64,000 nt of DNA from the NCBI GenBank assembly GCA_943372605.1, contig CALRZI010000015.1:2432-66431 (forward strand), read 5' to 3'. This DNA comes from Chitinophaga pinensis (GTDB taxonomy: Bacteria; Bacteroidota; Bacteroidia; Chitinophagales; Chitinophagaceae). Under the pieces are notes generated by a model, which worked only from the letters and a program-made list of their open reading frames with translations, did no database searches and was not told where the DNA came from. Positions within the stretch are counted from its first letter, which is position 1. Each line of letters begins with the position of its first letter. The position numbers and the translations under genes are program-made. Shown here piece by piece: positions 1 to 9,417 of the stretch.

Positions 1-112
1 TTATAGAACCAAGATAAGCGCTAATTGTGTTTCAGCACAACCGCCCGTCCATTTTATCGCCAGCAGGTGTATTTATAAGGTATTCTTCACATCTTATTCT
101 AATCAGAGGTTA

Positions 113-120
113 TATTTTTG
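113..120 (+). promoter_or_regulatory. Candidate Bacteroidota sigma70 -7 element (TATTTTTG) for the DUF4197 gene
   Basis: Matches TAnnTTTG, 46 nt upstream of ATG at 167. Confidence 0.45.
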
Positions 121-166
121 ATATGACAGATTTGGTATCATTTTTGAACAGATTACAAAAAGCAGT

Positions 167-892
167 ATGAAAAAAATAATTACACTCTTCGTTTTAATAG
201 TAATCCAGCTAAATACAGATGCCCAGGGTTTGGGGGGATTATTGAATAAGGCCAAGAATGCCGTGTCTGGCAACCAGACTGGTTTGGCAAATGATGATAT
301 TGTGGCCGGTTTAAAAGAAGCCCTTGTACAGGGGTCATTAAAAGGATCCAATCTTTTATCGCAGACCGATGGTTTTTTTGCCAATGCAGCATTAAAAATA
401 CTGCTTCCTCCTGAAGCACAGAAAATAGAACAAACACTACGCAGTGTTGGACTGGGCAAGCAGGTTGACGAAGCCATACTCAGTATGAACCGTGCCGCTG
501 AAGATGCCTGCAAAAGTGCAGCTCCCATTTTTAGCAATGCCATTAAACAGATGAGTGTTCAGGATGCGGTAGGTATATTGAAAGGATCAGATACAGCAGC
601 CACCGCTTACCTGAAATCTAAAACAACTAACCCGCTTACAGAAGCATTTCGTCCGGTAATTGAAACCTCATTACAAAAAGTGGATGCTACCAAACACTGG
701 AACAGTTTAGTAACCAGTTATAACAAATTGCCGTTGGTGCGTCAGAAACTCAATCCCGATTTATCGGCATATGTAACAGAACGCGCGATGAGTGGTATTT
801 TTTACCAGATAGCAGTAGAAGAAAAAGAAATCAGGAAAAATCCGCTGGCCAGAACCAGTGATATTTTGAAAAAGGTGTTTGGGGGAAAATAA
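167..892 (+). CDS. DUF4197 family secreted protein
   Basis: Signal peptide; GLKEAL, ILLP, LRSVGLG, MNRAAEDA, ATAYL and IAVEEKEIRKNP..LKKVFG motifs typical of DUF4197. Confidence 0.85.
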   Translation: MKKIITLFVLIVIQLNTDAQGLGGLLNKAKNAVSGNQTGLANDDIVAGLKEALVQGSLKGSNLLSQTDGFFANAALKILLPPEAQKIEQTLRSVGLGKQVDEAILSMNRAAEDACKSAAPIFSNAIKQMSVQDAVGILKGSDTAATAYLKSKTTNPLTEAFRPVIETSLQKVDATKHWNSLVTSYNKLPLVRQKLNPDLSAYVTERAMSGIFYQIAVEEKEIRKNPLARTSDILKKVFGGK

Positions 893-896
893 GAAA

Positions 897-924
897 ATGT
901 CTGATGTCGGATCTCAGATGTCAG
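897..924 (+). repeat. Heptamer array ATGTCTG-ATGTCGG-ATCTCAG-ATGTCAG
   Basis: Four 7-nt units starting 4 nt after the DUF4197 stop codon. Confidence 0.85.
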
Positions 925-946
925 ATTTGATTTTAATAGTAGTTTT

Positions 947-1009
947 ATTGCCACTGAGGACACAGAAATACACAGAATCGTTCAGTGTTTCTGTGCCTTC
1001 AGTGGCAAT
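947..1009. terminator. Long imperfect hairpin between convergent genes (probable bidirectional terminator or REP-like element)
   Basis: ATTGCCACTGA (947-957) pairs with TCAGTGGCAAT (999-1009); inner CACAGAAA pairs with TTTCTGTG. Confidence 0.65.
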
Positions 1010-1019
1010 TTAATTTTCT

Positions 1020-3128
1020 TTATGCGAACTGTATATCATCTACAAACGGCATTCGTCTGAAACGCTTTCCTGTTGCAGCGAACAGGGCATTGGCCAATGC
1101 TGGTGCAATTGGCGGCAATCCTGGTTCACCCAATCCAGTCGGGTTTTCTTCAGAAGGCACGAATGCTACTTCCACATCCAATGGTGTACTGCGCATTTTC
1201 ACAAAATTATAAGAGCCGAAATTGGTTTGTACCGCCGCACCATCTTTGAAAGTAAGTTTGGTAAACATAGCATGACCAAGTCCATCTACTACCGCACCCT
1301 GCACCTGATTTTCTGCGCCACTCAGGTTCACTACTTTTCCGCAATGCACGGCGCAATACACTTTGGTTATTTTGGGCTTGCCATTTTCCATCTTTAATTC
1401 TACCACCTGTGCCACATAACTATTAAAGGAAAACCATGTTGAAAATCCACGGTATGTATTGGGTGATGACTTACCCCAGTTACTGATTTTAGCAACCAGT
1501 TCTATAACACTGATAAATTTATCAGCATCATAGGCCAACCTGCCGACGGGTTGTTCCTTGGCTTTCTTCAGTAACTCAAGACGTAATGCTACCGGATCTT
1601 TTTTCAGTTCTGTTGCCACTTCATCCATAAAACATTCATTGGCAAATGCCTGCACATTATGTGTTGGTGCGCGCCATGGGCCAGTGGGAATATTGGTGGG
1701 TAAGCTATGGCTTTCTATGCGCAGGTTTTTCAAAGCACCGGCCGGATAGGTATCCGGACTTCTTCCATTACTTAAACAGACAAATGACTGGTGCCAGGCT
1801 TCCAGGTTACCATCTTTGATCGCTGCTTTAAAACGAAACATTCCGCTGGCACGATAAAAATCATTCTGCATATCATCTTCACGCGTCCACTGCACCTGTA
1901 CCGGACATTGTGCTGCCTGAGAAATCAATGCTGCTTCTATTCCGTTATCGGGTCTTAATTTTCTTCCGAATCCTCCACCCTGTCTGGGTAATCCGAGGGT
2001 TACATTTGCCACAGGAATATTCAGTTCTCTTGCTACTGATGTTACTAGGTTTTGCGGCACTTGTGTTGGTCCATACAACTCAGCTTTTCCGTCGCGTACA
2101 TCTGCATAAAAATTCAGGGGTTCCATTTGTGCGTGAGATAATACAGGCACTTCATAATATACATCGAGCAGTTTGGTTGCTGCTGACATCGCCGCGTCTA
2201 CATCTCCATCATTACGATTGGGTGTGGCTGCCGGTTTACTCAATAATTCCTTAAATACTTTTTTATGATCGGTGGTACTTTCCAACTTCGATGCATCTTC
2301 CCAATTTATTTTCAATGCCGCTCTTCCTTTGATGGCGGACCATGTTGATGTTGCAAGAACAGCTACGCTGCTTTTAACCTGTACTACTTTTTTCACACCT
2401 GTTACTTTCAAAGCAGCGCTATCATCAAACGACTGTAATTTTTTCCCATGTGCCGGTGGTCGTGCCACTACTGCGAATAACATTCCTTCTCTTCTTGTAT
2501 CAATTCCAAAAAGTGGTTTTCCTGTTACAATAGCTTGCGCATCTACATCTTTTACACGTGTTCCGATGATTGTAAACTCTTTCGGATCTTTTAAAGGAAT
2601 ATTGGCAGGCACAGGCATGGAAGCCGCTTTGGTAGCCAATTCACCGAAAGCTATTTTCTTACCAGATGTTTTATTCACTACAAAACCATTCTCTGCATAA
2701 CAGTCGGCAGCAGCAACACCCCAGGTATCGGCTGCTGCTGCAATTAATAATACCCTCGCCGTAGCACCTGCTTGTCGGAGCGGTGTATAACGACTCCTGA
2801 TAGCACCACTTCCGCCAGTTGTCTGGCTGCCATATTTAGCATCCAATGGTGCAATTTCTACCTGAATTTTTTTCCAATCCACATTCATTTCTTCTGCAAT
2901 CAGCATTACCAATGATGTTTTTACGCCCTGACCAATTTCAGGATTGGGCGACATCATTGTAATAGTGCCATCAGGTGAAATTTTGATATAGGCATTTGGT
3001 GAAAATGGCGTTCCATCTAATTCCTGTTTTTCATCATTACCCAATGTTGAAAAACCGACCAGCATACCACCACCGGCAATCATGCTGACCCTCAGAAAGT
3101 TTCTTCTTGATACTGATGGTGTACTCAT
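1020..3128 (-). CDS. Xanthine oxidase family molybdopterin-binding subunit (IorB-like), paralog 1
   Basis: N-terminal SRRNFL twin-arginine motif; EIGQG, TGGS, GGGFGRK and C-terminal GLGEPGLPP..ALANA motifs. Confidence 0.92.
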   Translation of the reverse strand: MSTPSVSRRNFLRVSMIAGGGMLVGFSTLGNDEKQELDGTPFSPNAYIKISPDGTITMMSPNPEIGQGVKTSLVMLIAEEMNVDWKKIQVEIAPLDAKYGSQTTGGSGAIRSRYTPLRQAGATARVLLIAAAADTWGVAAADCYAENGFVVNKTSGKKIAFGELATKAASMPVPANIPLKDPKEFTIIGTRVKDVDAQAIVTGKPLFGIDTRREGMLFAVVARPPAHGKKLQSFDDSAALKVTGVKKVVQVKSSVAVLATSTWSAIKGRAALKINWEDASKLESTTDHKKVFKELLSKPAATPNRNDGDVDAAMSAATKLLDVYYEVPVLSHAQMEPLNFYADVRDGKAELYGPTQVPQNLVTSVARELNIPVANVTLGLPRQGGGFGRKLRPDNGIEAALISQAAQCPVQVQWTREDDMQNDFYRASGMFRFKAAIKDGNLEAWHQSFVCLSNGRSPDTYPAGALKNLRIESHSLPTNIPTGPWRAPTHNVQAFANECFMDEVATELKKDPVALRLELLKKAKEQPVGRLAYDADKFISVIELVAKISNWGKSSPNTYRGFSTWFSFNSYVAQVVELKMENGKPKITKVYCAVHCGKVVNLSGAENQVQGAVVDGLGHAMFTKLTFKDGAAVQTNFGSYNFVKMRSTPLDVEVAFVPSEENPTGLGEPGLPPIAPALANALFAATGKRFRRMPFVDDIQFA

Positions 3129-3589
3129 AATTTACCTCCTTTTGATACAGCCATGTGAATGGCTTTGCGTATACGTACATTGGTTCCGCAACGGCAGATA
3201 TTGGTAATAGTAGAATCAATTTCTTCGTCGGTTGGCTTGGGATTTTTTTTCAGCAATGCTACTGCAGCCATGATCTGACCAGACTGGCAATACCCGCACT
3301 GGGCCACATCCATCTCTACCCACGCCTGCTGTACCGGATGATCTCCTTTCTCACTCAACCCTTCAATCGTAACAACTTTTCCGGCACCAACACCTGCAAC
3401 AGGAAACTGGCAGGAACGTATAGGGTTACCATTGTAATGTATGGTGCAGGCACCACACTGTGCCACACCACAACCATATTTAGTTCCAACAAGGTTTAAC
3501 TGATCGCGTAATACCCAAAGCAATGGTGTATCGGCATCTGCTTCTACTGATACCTGTTTGTTGTTGACGGTAAAATTATACTTCGGCAT
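3125..3589 (-). CDS. (2Fe-2S)-binding small subunit (IorA-like), paralog 1
   Basis: [25 protein letters not shown] and CRCGT Fe-S motifs; stop overlaps the IorB start. Confidence 0.93.
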   Translation of the reverse strand: MPKYNFTVNNKQVSVEADADTPLLWVLRDQLNLVGTKYGCGVAQCGACTIHYNGNPIRSCQFPVAGVGAGKVVTIEGLSEKGDHPVQQAWVEMDVAQCGYCQSGQIMAAVALLKKNPKPTDEEIDSTITNICRCGTNVRIRKAIHMAVSKGGKL

Positions 3590-3727
3590 ATGGAAGATGG
3601 ATTTATTAGTGAATGGTAAACTAAGTATTATCTCAGAGAAAGAAAAGCCAAATGACTAAAAATCGGTCAATGGCTTTTGAAAACAAGTCATCGGTAAAAC
3701 TAAAGAGCCTGTTACTATAATCTGTCA

Positions 3728-4639
3728 TCATATATGACGACCACCTTTCATTACATTAAACACATGTAATATATGTGGAAACAATGCGTCCAACGTTTCA
3801 TTTACTCCTTTTACGGAACCAGGCAGTGTAATAACAAGGCTGTTTTTTACATACCCTGCAACACCTCTTGATAACATGGCATATGGTGTACGCTGCTGCC
3901 CATAGTTTCTAGCTGTTTCCATAATACCGGGAACTATCCTGTCCAGTAAAGGTTCAATAGCATCGGGTGTTACATCTCTGGGCGACAAGCCGGTTCCGCC
4001 AGTAAACAATATGAGGTTATACCCTTGTTCTGCATATGACTTTATCTGATCCTGTATATGTTGTATATCGTCTGGAATGATCTTGTAAGCTGAAACTTTC
4101 ACACCCAGTTGCTCCATTTTTTGCACAATGGTTTTGCCGGAAACATCTTCTTTTTCTCCGGCCGAGACTGTATCGGAACAAACAATCACAGCACAGTTTA
4201 ATGCGCTCGCATCAACAGGTAAATGGTCTGACTTACCTCCTTTCTTCTGTTCCAGCCTGATATTTGATATTTCTACACCTTTATCCAATGGCTTCAGCAT
4301 ATCGTACATGGTTAGTGCAGTTACCGAAGCCCCATGCATGGCTTCCACTTCAACACCGGTCTTATAAATAGTATGTACTTCTACTGTAATGAGAATACTG
4401 AGTCCGGTTATTTCGTGTTTAATCGCTGCATATTCTATAGGCAGAGGATGACAATCTGGAATTACATCACTGGTTTTTTTGATGGCCAGTAAACCAGCGG
4501 CCCGTGAAAATTCAAATACATCGCCTTTGGGCACTTGTCTGTTACGGATGGCATCAATTGTCTCCTGTTTTGACACAGTTAATGTGGCACTGGCTATTGC
4601 CTGCCGAAGGGTATTTGATTTTGATGTTATATCAACCAT
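3728..4639 (-). CDS. moaCB: Bifunctional MoaC / MogA-MoaB-domain molybdenum cofactor biosynthesis protein
   Basis: MVDIT start, IPDCHPLP and TGVEVEAM (MoaC), then GGTGLSPRDVTP and TLPGS (MogA/MoaB); ORF track starts at 4660, ATG 4639 preferred. Confidence 0.9.
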   Translation of the reverse strand: MVDITSKSNTLRQAIASATLTVSKQETIDAIRNRQVPKGDVFEFSRAAGLLAIKKTSDVIPDCHPLPIEYAAIKHEITGLSILITVEVHTIYKTGVEVEAMHGASVTALTMYDMLKPLDKGVEISNIRLEQKKGGKSDHLPVDASALNCAVIVCSDTVSAGEKEDVSGKTIVQKMEQLGVKVSAYKIIPDDIQHIQDQIKSYAEQGYNLILFTGGTGLSPRDVTPDAIEPLLDRIVPGIMETARNYGQQRTPYAMLSRGVAGYVKNSLVITLPGSVKGVNETLDALFPHILHVFNVMKGGRHI

Positions 4640-4641
4640 AA

Positions 4642-5085
4642 TTATTGATTCATTTTCCACTGATGTGTATTGTCTTCAAACAACTCTGCTCCCCATACAG
4701 GAAGTTCGGCTTTAATTGTTTCTACCAGTTCAGTACAGGCTTCCATAGCGGCTTTGCGATGCGGTGCTGATGTAAACACAAACAAACATATTTCTCCAGC
4801 CTGTACTCTCCCAAGACTGTGGTACACGTGCATACAGGTTAAATTATACTTTTCAAAAATCGCCTCCCTGATCTCATGCATTTTCTGCAATGCCATTTCT
4901 TCATAAGCAGTATATTCTATCGCTGCAACTTTCTTTCCATTGATCTCATCGGCGCGAACCTGTCCTAGAAAAATGCTATGCCCGCCTATTCCTGTTTTGG
5001 AACTGTGCTTTTGAATATCTGCTGCTATAAATGGTGCAGCTATTGCTCCCTGAATAAATATATTTTTTGGCTTCCCCTCTTTCAT
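4642..5085 (-). CDS. moaE: Molybdopterin synthase catalytic subunit
   Basis: IFLGQVR, IEYTAY, HSLGRV..GE, SAPHRKAA, KAELPVW motifs; ATG 5085 follows the moeB stop. Confidence 0.9.
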   Translation of the reverse strand: MKEGKPKNIFIQGAIAAPFIAADIQKHSSKTGIGGHSIFLGQVRADEINGKKVAAIEYTAYEEMALQKMHEIREAIFEKYNLTCMHVYHSLGRVQAGEICLFVFTSAPHRKAAMEACTELVETIKAELPVWGAELFEDNTHQWKMNQ

Positions 5086-5086
5086 A

Positions 5087-6211
5087 TCATTTCTTTTGAC
5101 GAAAATTTTTCCAGGCAACAATACCGCCCTGTAAGCTATACATGGTTTTAGCATTACCCAACTGTTCAGATAATAACTGTACAGCCTGCTGACTTCTTTT
5201 ACCTGACTGACAAAATACAACAACTGTATCATTTTTTAGTTGTCCATATTCCGTCTTAATCTTTACCAGTGGTATATTGTGGTGCTGAAATTCATCCACG
5301 ATGGGTGTTTCATGTAATTCTCTTACATCTACCACATCTATATTGTCTTGTTGAATTAACTGATCAAATGCATAGGCATCAATTTCATTTACCGGAACAG
5401 GCGATGTGCAAAGCCATGCATAATCTGTTTTTCTGAATGCTTCTTCCGTTTGCGGTATCAGCAATGCTGTATCTTTTCTTGCTGTAATCCTTAGTGTATA
5501 CAACTGGTTGGTCAGGATATTATATGTAAGCAACTGGTTGATCAATGAAGTGCCAAGACCTGTGATGAGTTTGATGGTTTCACTTGCCTGCATGGAACCA
5601 ATCATTCCGGGTAATACCCCTAGCACACCCGCATCCGCACAATTCAATATTTCATTTTCTTTTGGCGGCTCCGGGAACAGGTCGCGGTAATTAGATGATT
5701 GCTCTTCTTTTTCCAGTGAATAATTAAAAACAGCCACCTGTCCTTCAAATCTTGAAACAGCACCATAAACCAATACTTTCTTCATCAGAACGCAGGCATC
5801 ATTGATCATATACCTTGTAGCAAAATTGTCGGTACCGTCAATAATAATATCAAATGAAGATAAGAGTGTCAGTAAATTTTCAGTAGTAGCATACTCAGGG
5901 AATGATGTGATGGTGATTTCAGGATTTATCTTCTTTAAATGAGTTGCTGCTGTTACTGCTTTGTTTTTTCCAATATCATTGGTACTAAATAACACCTGCC
6001 TGTGCAGATTGTCGAGCGAAACTGTATCCCCATCTACGATACCAATGGTTCCTACACCAGCGGCTGCCAGGTATTGCAAAGCAGGACAGCCCAAGCCTCC
6101 TGCACCGATTACCAATACGCTTGCTGCTATCAGTTGCTGCTGCCCTTTTTCACCAAATCCTGGCAGGATCATCTGGCGCTGGTATCGCTCATATGAACTA
6201 TTGTTTTGCAT
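5087..6211 (-). CDS. moeB: MoeB/ThiF adenylyltransferase fused to a rhodanese domain (MoeZ-like)
   Basis: RYQRQ, GAGGLG, NLHRQ, DGTDNF motifs; C-terminal FCQSGKRS and LQGGI rhodanese; ATG 6211 preferred over track start 6280. Confidence 0.9.
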   Translation of the reverse strand: MQNNSSYERYQRQMILPGFGEKGQQQLIAASVLVIGAGGLGCPALQYLAAAGVGTIGIVDGDTVSLDNLHRQVLFSTNDIGKNKAVTAATHLKKINPEITITSFPEYATTENLLTLLSSFDIIIDGTDNFATRYMINDACVLMKKVLVYGAVSRFEGQVAVFNYSLEKEEQSSNYRDLFPEPPKENEILNCADAGVLGVLPGMIGSMQASETIKLITGLGTSLINQLLTYNILTNQLYTLRITARKDTALLIPQTEEAFRKTDYAWLCTSPVPVNEIDAYAFDQLIQQDNIDVVDVRELHETPIVDEFQHHNIPLVKIKTEYGQLKNDTVVVFCQSGKRSQQAVQLLSEQLGNAKTMYSLQGGIVAWKNFRQKK

Positions 6212-6212
6212 A

Positions 6213-6458
6213 TTATCCTCCTGAAAATGGCGGCAACAAGGCCACAATACTGTTTTCAGATAAAATGGTATTGCCAGCAATCATCTCCTGGTTAACAGCT
6301 ATTACGTATTTCGATTGAGCCAATGCCGGGAATTGTTGATGCAGTTCAGCTATCAATGATGCCGTATCAACACGCCCTTCTACCTCCAATTCTTTTGAAC
6401 CGACTGTTTCTGCTAATTGACCAAATAAAAGAATTTTCATTTTCATTCTATTCAACAC
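6213..6458 (-). CDS. moaD: MoaD/ThiS sulfur carrier
   Basis: 81 aa, IAVNQE and C-terminal LLPPFSGG. Confidence 0.92.
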   Translation of the reverse strand: MLNRMKMKILLFGQLAETVGSKELEVEGRVDTASLIAELHQQFPALAQSKYVIAVNQEMIAGNTILSENSIVALLPPFSGG

Positions 6459-6473
6459 TTGAGACTTTCTTTG

Positions 6474-7220
6474 TTAAGCCGATGTAAATAACAATTTATA
6501 TGCAGCCACCGCTAAAACAAGTGCCAGCACTTTTTTCATTACAGTTTGTCTGAATTTCATAGAGCCAAAATAGGCCCCCGCAATTCCGCCCGCAAATGCA
6601 ACAGCAACATACACAAACATATCGCTGCTGAATTGAATACCATTTGTCAATTGCCCCATCAATCCAGATGCTGAATTTACAAAAATAAACAGGGCACTGA
6701 TGGCTGCTGTTTGTTTTTGATCTGTCCAGTTAAAGAATATCAACAAAGGCGAGAGAATAATTCCACCTCCAATACCAATCATTCCCGACAATAAGCCTAT
6801 CACCCCTCCCATCAGCAAGGCACCTGAAAAATGAGTCGGTTTCTGTTCCTGTGAAGTATTTTTTGTGGGGATCAGTAAACGGATTACAGAAAAGATCAGC
6901 AGCAAGCCCAGTATTTTTTTATAGATCGTTGCATCAATACTAACCAATCCACCTACAAATGCCATGGGTACTGATGCCAATGCCAACGGAAAAAATACTT
7001 TCCATACAAAATGTTTACCCCGATAAAATTGCAGAAAAGCAGTTAGCGATACAAACAGGTTCAATAATAATGCTGTAGGCTTCATTACTGCTGGCGCTAG
7101 GCTGAACAATGCCATTAATGCCAGGTATCCGCTGGCACCACCATGCCCCACTGAGGCATAGAGAAATGCAACTACAAGTAATAAAGTACAAAATAAAAAC
7201 AGGCTATCCATGTACATCAT
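6474..7220 (-). CDS. TauE/SafE (TSUP) family membrane transporter
   Basis: Highly hydrophobic; repeated GHGGA and GIGGGI motifs characteristic of TSUP. Confidence 0.85.
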   Translation of the reverse strand: MMYMDSLFLFCTLLLVVAFLYASVGHGGASGYLALMALFSLAPAVMKPTALLLNLFVSLTAFLQFYRGKHFVWKVFFPLALASVPMAFVGGLVSIDATIYKKILGLLLIFSVIRLLIPTKNTSQEQKPTHFSGALLMGGVIGLLSGMIGIGGGIILSPLLIFFNWTDQKQTAAISALFIFVNSASGLMGQLTNGIQFSSDMFVYVAVAFAGGIAGAYFGSMKFRQTVMKKVLALVLAVAAYKLLFTSA

Positions 7221-8404
7221 TAAACGGGTAAAAGATGAATACTGACCAGCTCTCCTTCTTCACTAACCGTTATATCCTCTCCAATTTCAATTAAACAGTT
7301 GGCCCTTGCAAATGAATGCATCCTGTATGATTCCTGCGCGCCAAGAGGTAATACGGTATGACCATCATACAATCCTTTTAAAAAGTGGGTAAGTCCTGAA
7401 GGCTTTTGATACGATTTAGCCAGTGGCACCTGTTTAACCAACAATCCTTTCTCTCCACGAATCATGTTAGCGATAACAGGCAATACATACATATAAAAAC
7501 AGGTAAGCACAGATGAGGGATTACCCGGCAATCCAAACACCAGCTTCGATTCTTTTGTTCCAAAGAAAAGTGGTTTACCTGGTCTTTGTTTTAGTTTATG
7601 GAACCGTGTAGTGATGCCACATCGTGTTGCTGCTGCTACCACAAAATCATAATCGCCCACACTTACGCCTCCCGTTAATAAAACAAGATCAGTTTGTATT
7701 ATTGCATGTTCCAGTTCATTTATCAGCCTGTCTAATATGTCCGGCACTTGTACCACATTAATCTGTCTGACGCCCATTTGTTTCAAAACAGCCGTTAAAG
7801 CAAATGAATTAGAATCATATACCTGTCCATACGCCAAAGGATGACCGGGTGTTTGTAATTCGTTACCGGTTATGATGATGGTAACAGAAGGGGGTGGAAA
7901 TACACTTACTTCTGCTATACCCATTCCTGCCAGGAAACCAATAGCAGCGGGTGTTAAGATGGTGTTTGCTGACAATGCAAGTTCGCCGGTTTTAATTTCC
8001 GATCCTTTCAAACGCACATTGTTACCCTGTTTCAACTGTTCATCATGAATATGTAACTGGCCATTTACGACATTGGTCTTCTCCTGCATCACAACTGTAT
8101 CAGCACCATTCGGCACTGCAGCACCTGTAAAAATGCGAACTGCTGTTTTAAGACCGATCGTCTGTTCATGATTACTACCGGCAGCCATTTCTCCTTTAAT
8201 CTGCAAAACGGAATTGTGCTGCCAGTCTGCAAAAGAAAAAGCATAACCATCCATTGATGACTGGGAATAAGCAGGTATATCAAGCGGGGCAACTATATCA
8301 GCCGCCAGTCTATAACCAATAGCATCCTGTAGTTTTATATAAACAGGCGGTAAGGTTGTAACATATTGCTGAATTATTTCTCTGGCTTCCGATACGCTGA
8401 TCAT
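7220..8404 (-). CDS. moeA: Molybdopterin molybdenumtransferase (gephyrin-like)
   Basis: SSMDGYA, RIFTGA.VP.GAD.VVMQE, TGNEL, TGGVSVGDYD, GLPGNP motifs. Confidence 0.95.
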   Translation of the reverse strand: MISVSEAREIIQQYVTTLPPVYIKLQDAIGYRLAADIVAPLDIPAYSQSSMDGYAFSFADWQHNSVLQIKGEMAAGSNHEQTIGLKTAVRIFTGAAVPNGADTVVMQEKTNVVNGQLHIHDEQLKQGNNVRLKGSEIKTGELALSANTILTPAAIGFLAGMGIAEVSVFPPPSVTIIITGNELQTPGHPLAYGQVYDSNSFALTAVLKQMGVRQINVVQVPDILDRLINELEHAIIQTDLVLLTGGVSVGDYDFVVAAATRCGITTRFHKLKQRPGKPLFFGTKESKLVFGLPGNPSSVLTCFYMYVLPVIANMIRGEKGLLVKQVPLAKSYQKPSGLTHFLKGLYDGHTVLPLGAQESYRMHSFARANCLIEIGEDITVSEEGELVSIHLLPV

Positions 8405-8432
8405 GGTCTGTCAAAAAATTTTCTAGTATGTA

Positions 8433-9413
8433 TTAGCCACCAATAGTGATCATACTTCTGTTTTGAATAATATCGGCCTGTAACTGTTCATAATCCTGGG
8501 TAAACTGTCCGCCCAATTGCGCTGCTTTTGTTGATATGGATTGATGAATCAGTGGCAATACGGCTTCTCCGTTTCTCAGCGGCGTTAATAAATCAACTTC
8601 ATCTTTTGAAAACAAGCAATTCTTCATTTTGCCATCAGCCGTTAAACGGATGCGGTTACAGTCGCCACAGAAATGAGCGCTCATGGTACTGATTACTGCA
8701 AATGTTCCCTGATGACCCGGTATCATAAATTTCTTGGCAGTATCATTTTTTTCTGCCTGCAACGGAATGAAATCATACTGTTCTGCAACAACAGTTAATA
8801 TTTCTTCCAGTGTAAATACTTTATTGCTTGTCCAGCGGTTACCACTAAAAGGCATGAACTCTATAAAGCGCACATGCAGTGGCAGGTCTTTTGTCCATTC
8901 AATAAAATCAATGATCTCATTGTCATTCACACCACGCATCACCACCACATTCACCTTGGTATGAAACCCATGGGTAATCATGAGTTCAATATTTTTCTGA
9001 ACAATAGTAAACTGGTCTCTTTTTGTGAGCAGTTGAAACTTCTCCGCCTGTAAAGTATCCAAACTGATATTAACAGATTGCACATCAGCTTCCTTTAATA
9101 CTTCTACAAAATCATGCAATCTTGTTCCGTTGGTAGTAAGTGTTAATGTAACCGGTAATTGCGCGAGTCGCCTGATGATTTCTTTCGCATCTTTTCTTAC
9201 CAGCGGCTCACCACCAGTGAGTCTGATTTTGGTTACCCCCTGACTTACAAATAATTTTGCCAGCTCCTCAATTTCATCCACCTGCATCAGTTGTTGTGCC
9301 GAAGCAAAATCATATTCATCTTCTGGCATACAATAAAAGCAACGGAGATTGCAGTTATCGGTCAGTGATATCCGTAAATAATTGTGTATTCTATGATGCT
9401 TGTCTACAATCAT
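8433..9413 (-). CDS. moaA: GTP 3',8-cyclase
   Basis: YLRISLTDNCNLRCFYC radical SAM motif, CGDCNRIR...C second cluster, C-terminal IGG. Confidence 0.96.
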   Translation of the reverse strand: MIVDKHHRIHNYLRISLTDNCNLRCFYCMPEDEYDFASAQQLMQVDEIEELAKLFVSQGVTKIRLTGGEPLVRKDAKEIIRRLAQLPVTLTLTTNGTRLHDFVEVLKEADVQSVNISLDTLQAEKFQLLTKRDQFTIVQKNIELMITHGFHTKVNVVVMRGVNDNEIIDFIEWTKDLPLHVRFIEFMPFSGNRWTSNKVFTLEEILTVVAEQYDFIPLQAEKNDTAKKFMIPGHQGTFAVISTMSAHFCGDCNRIRLTADGKMKNCLFSKDEVDLLTPLRNGEAVLPLIHQSISTKAAQLGGQFTQDYEQLQADIIQNRSMITIGG

Positions 9414-9417
9414 GCTT

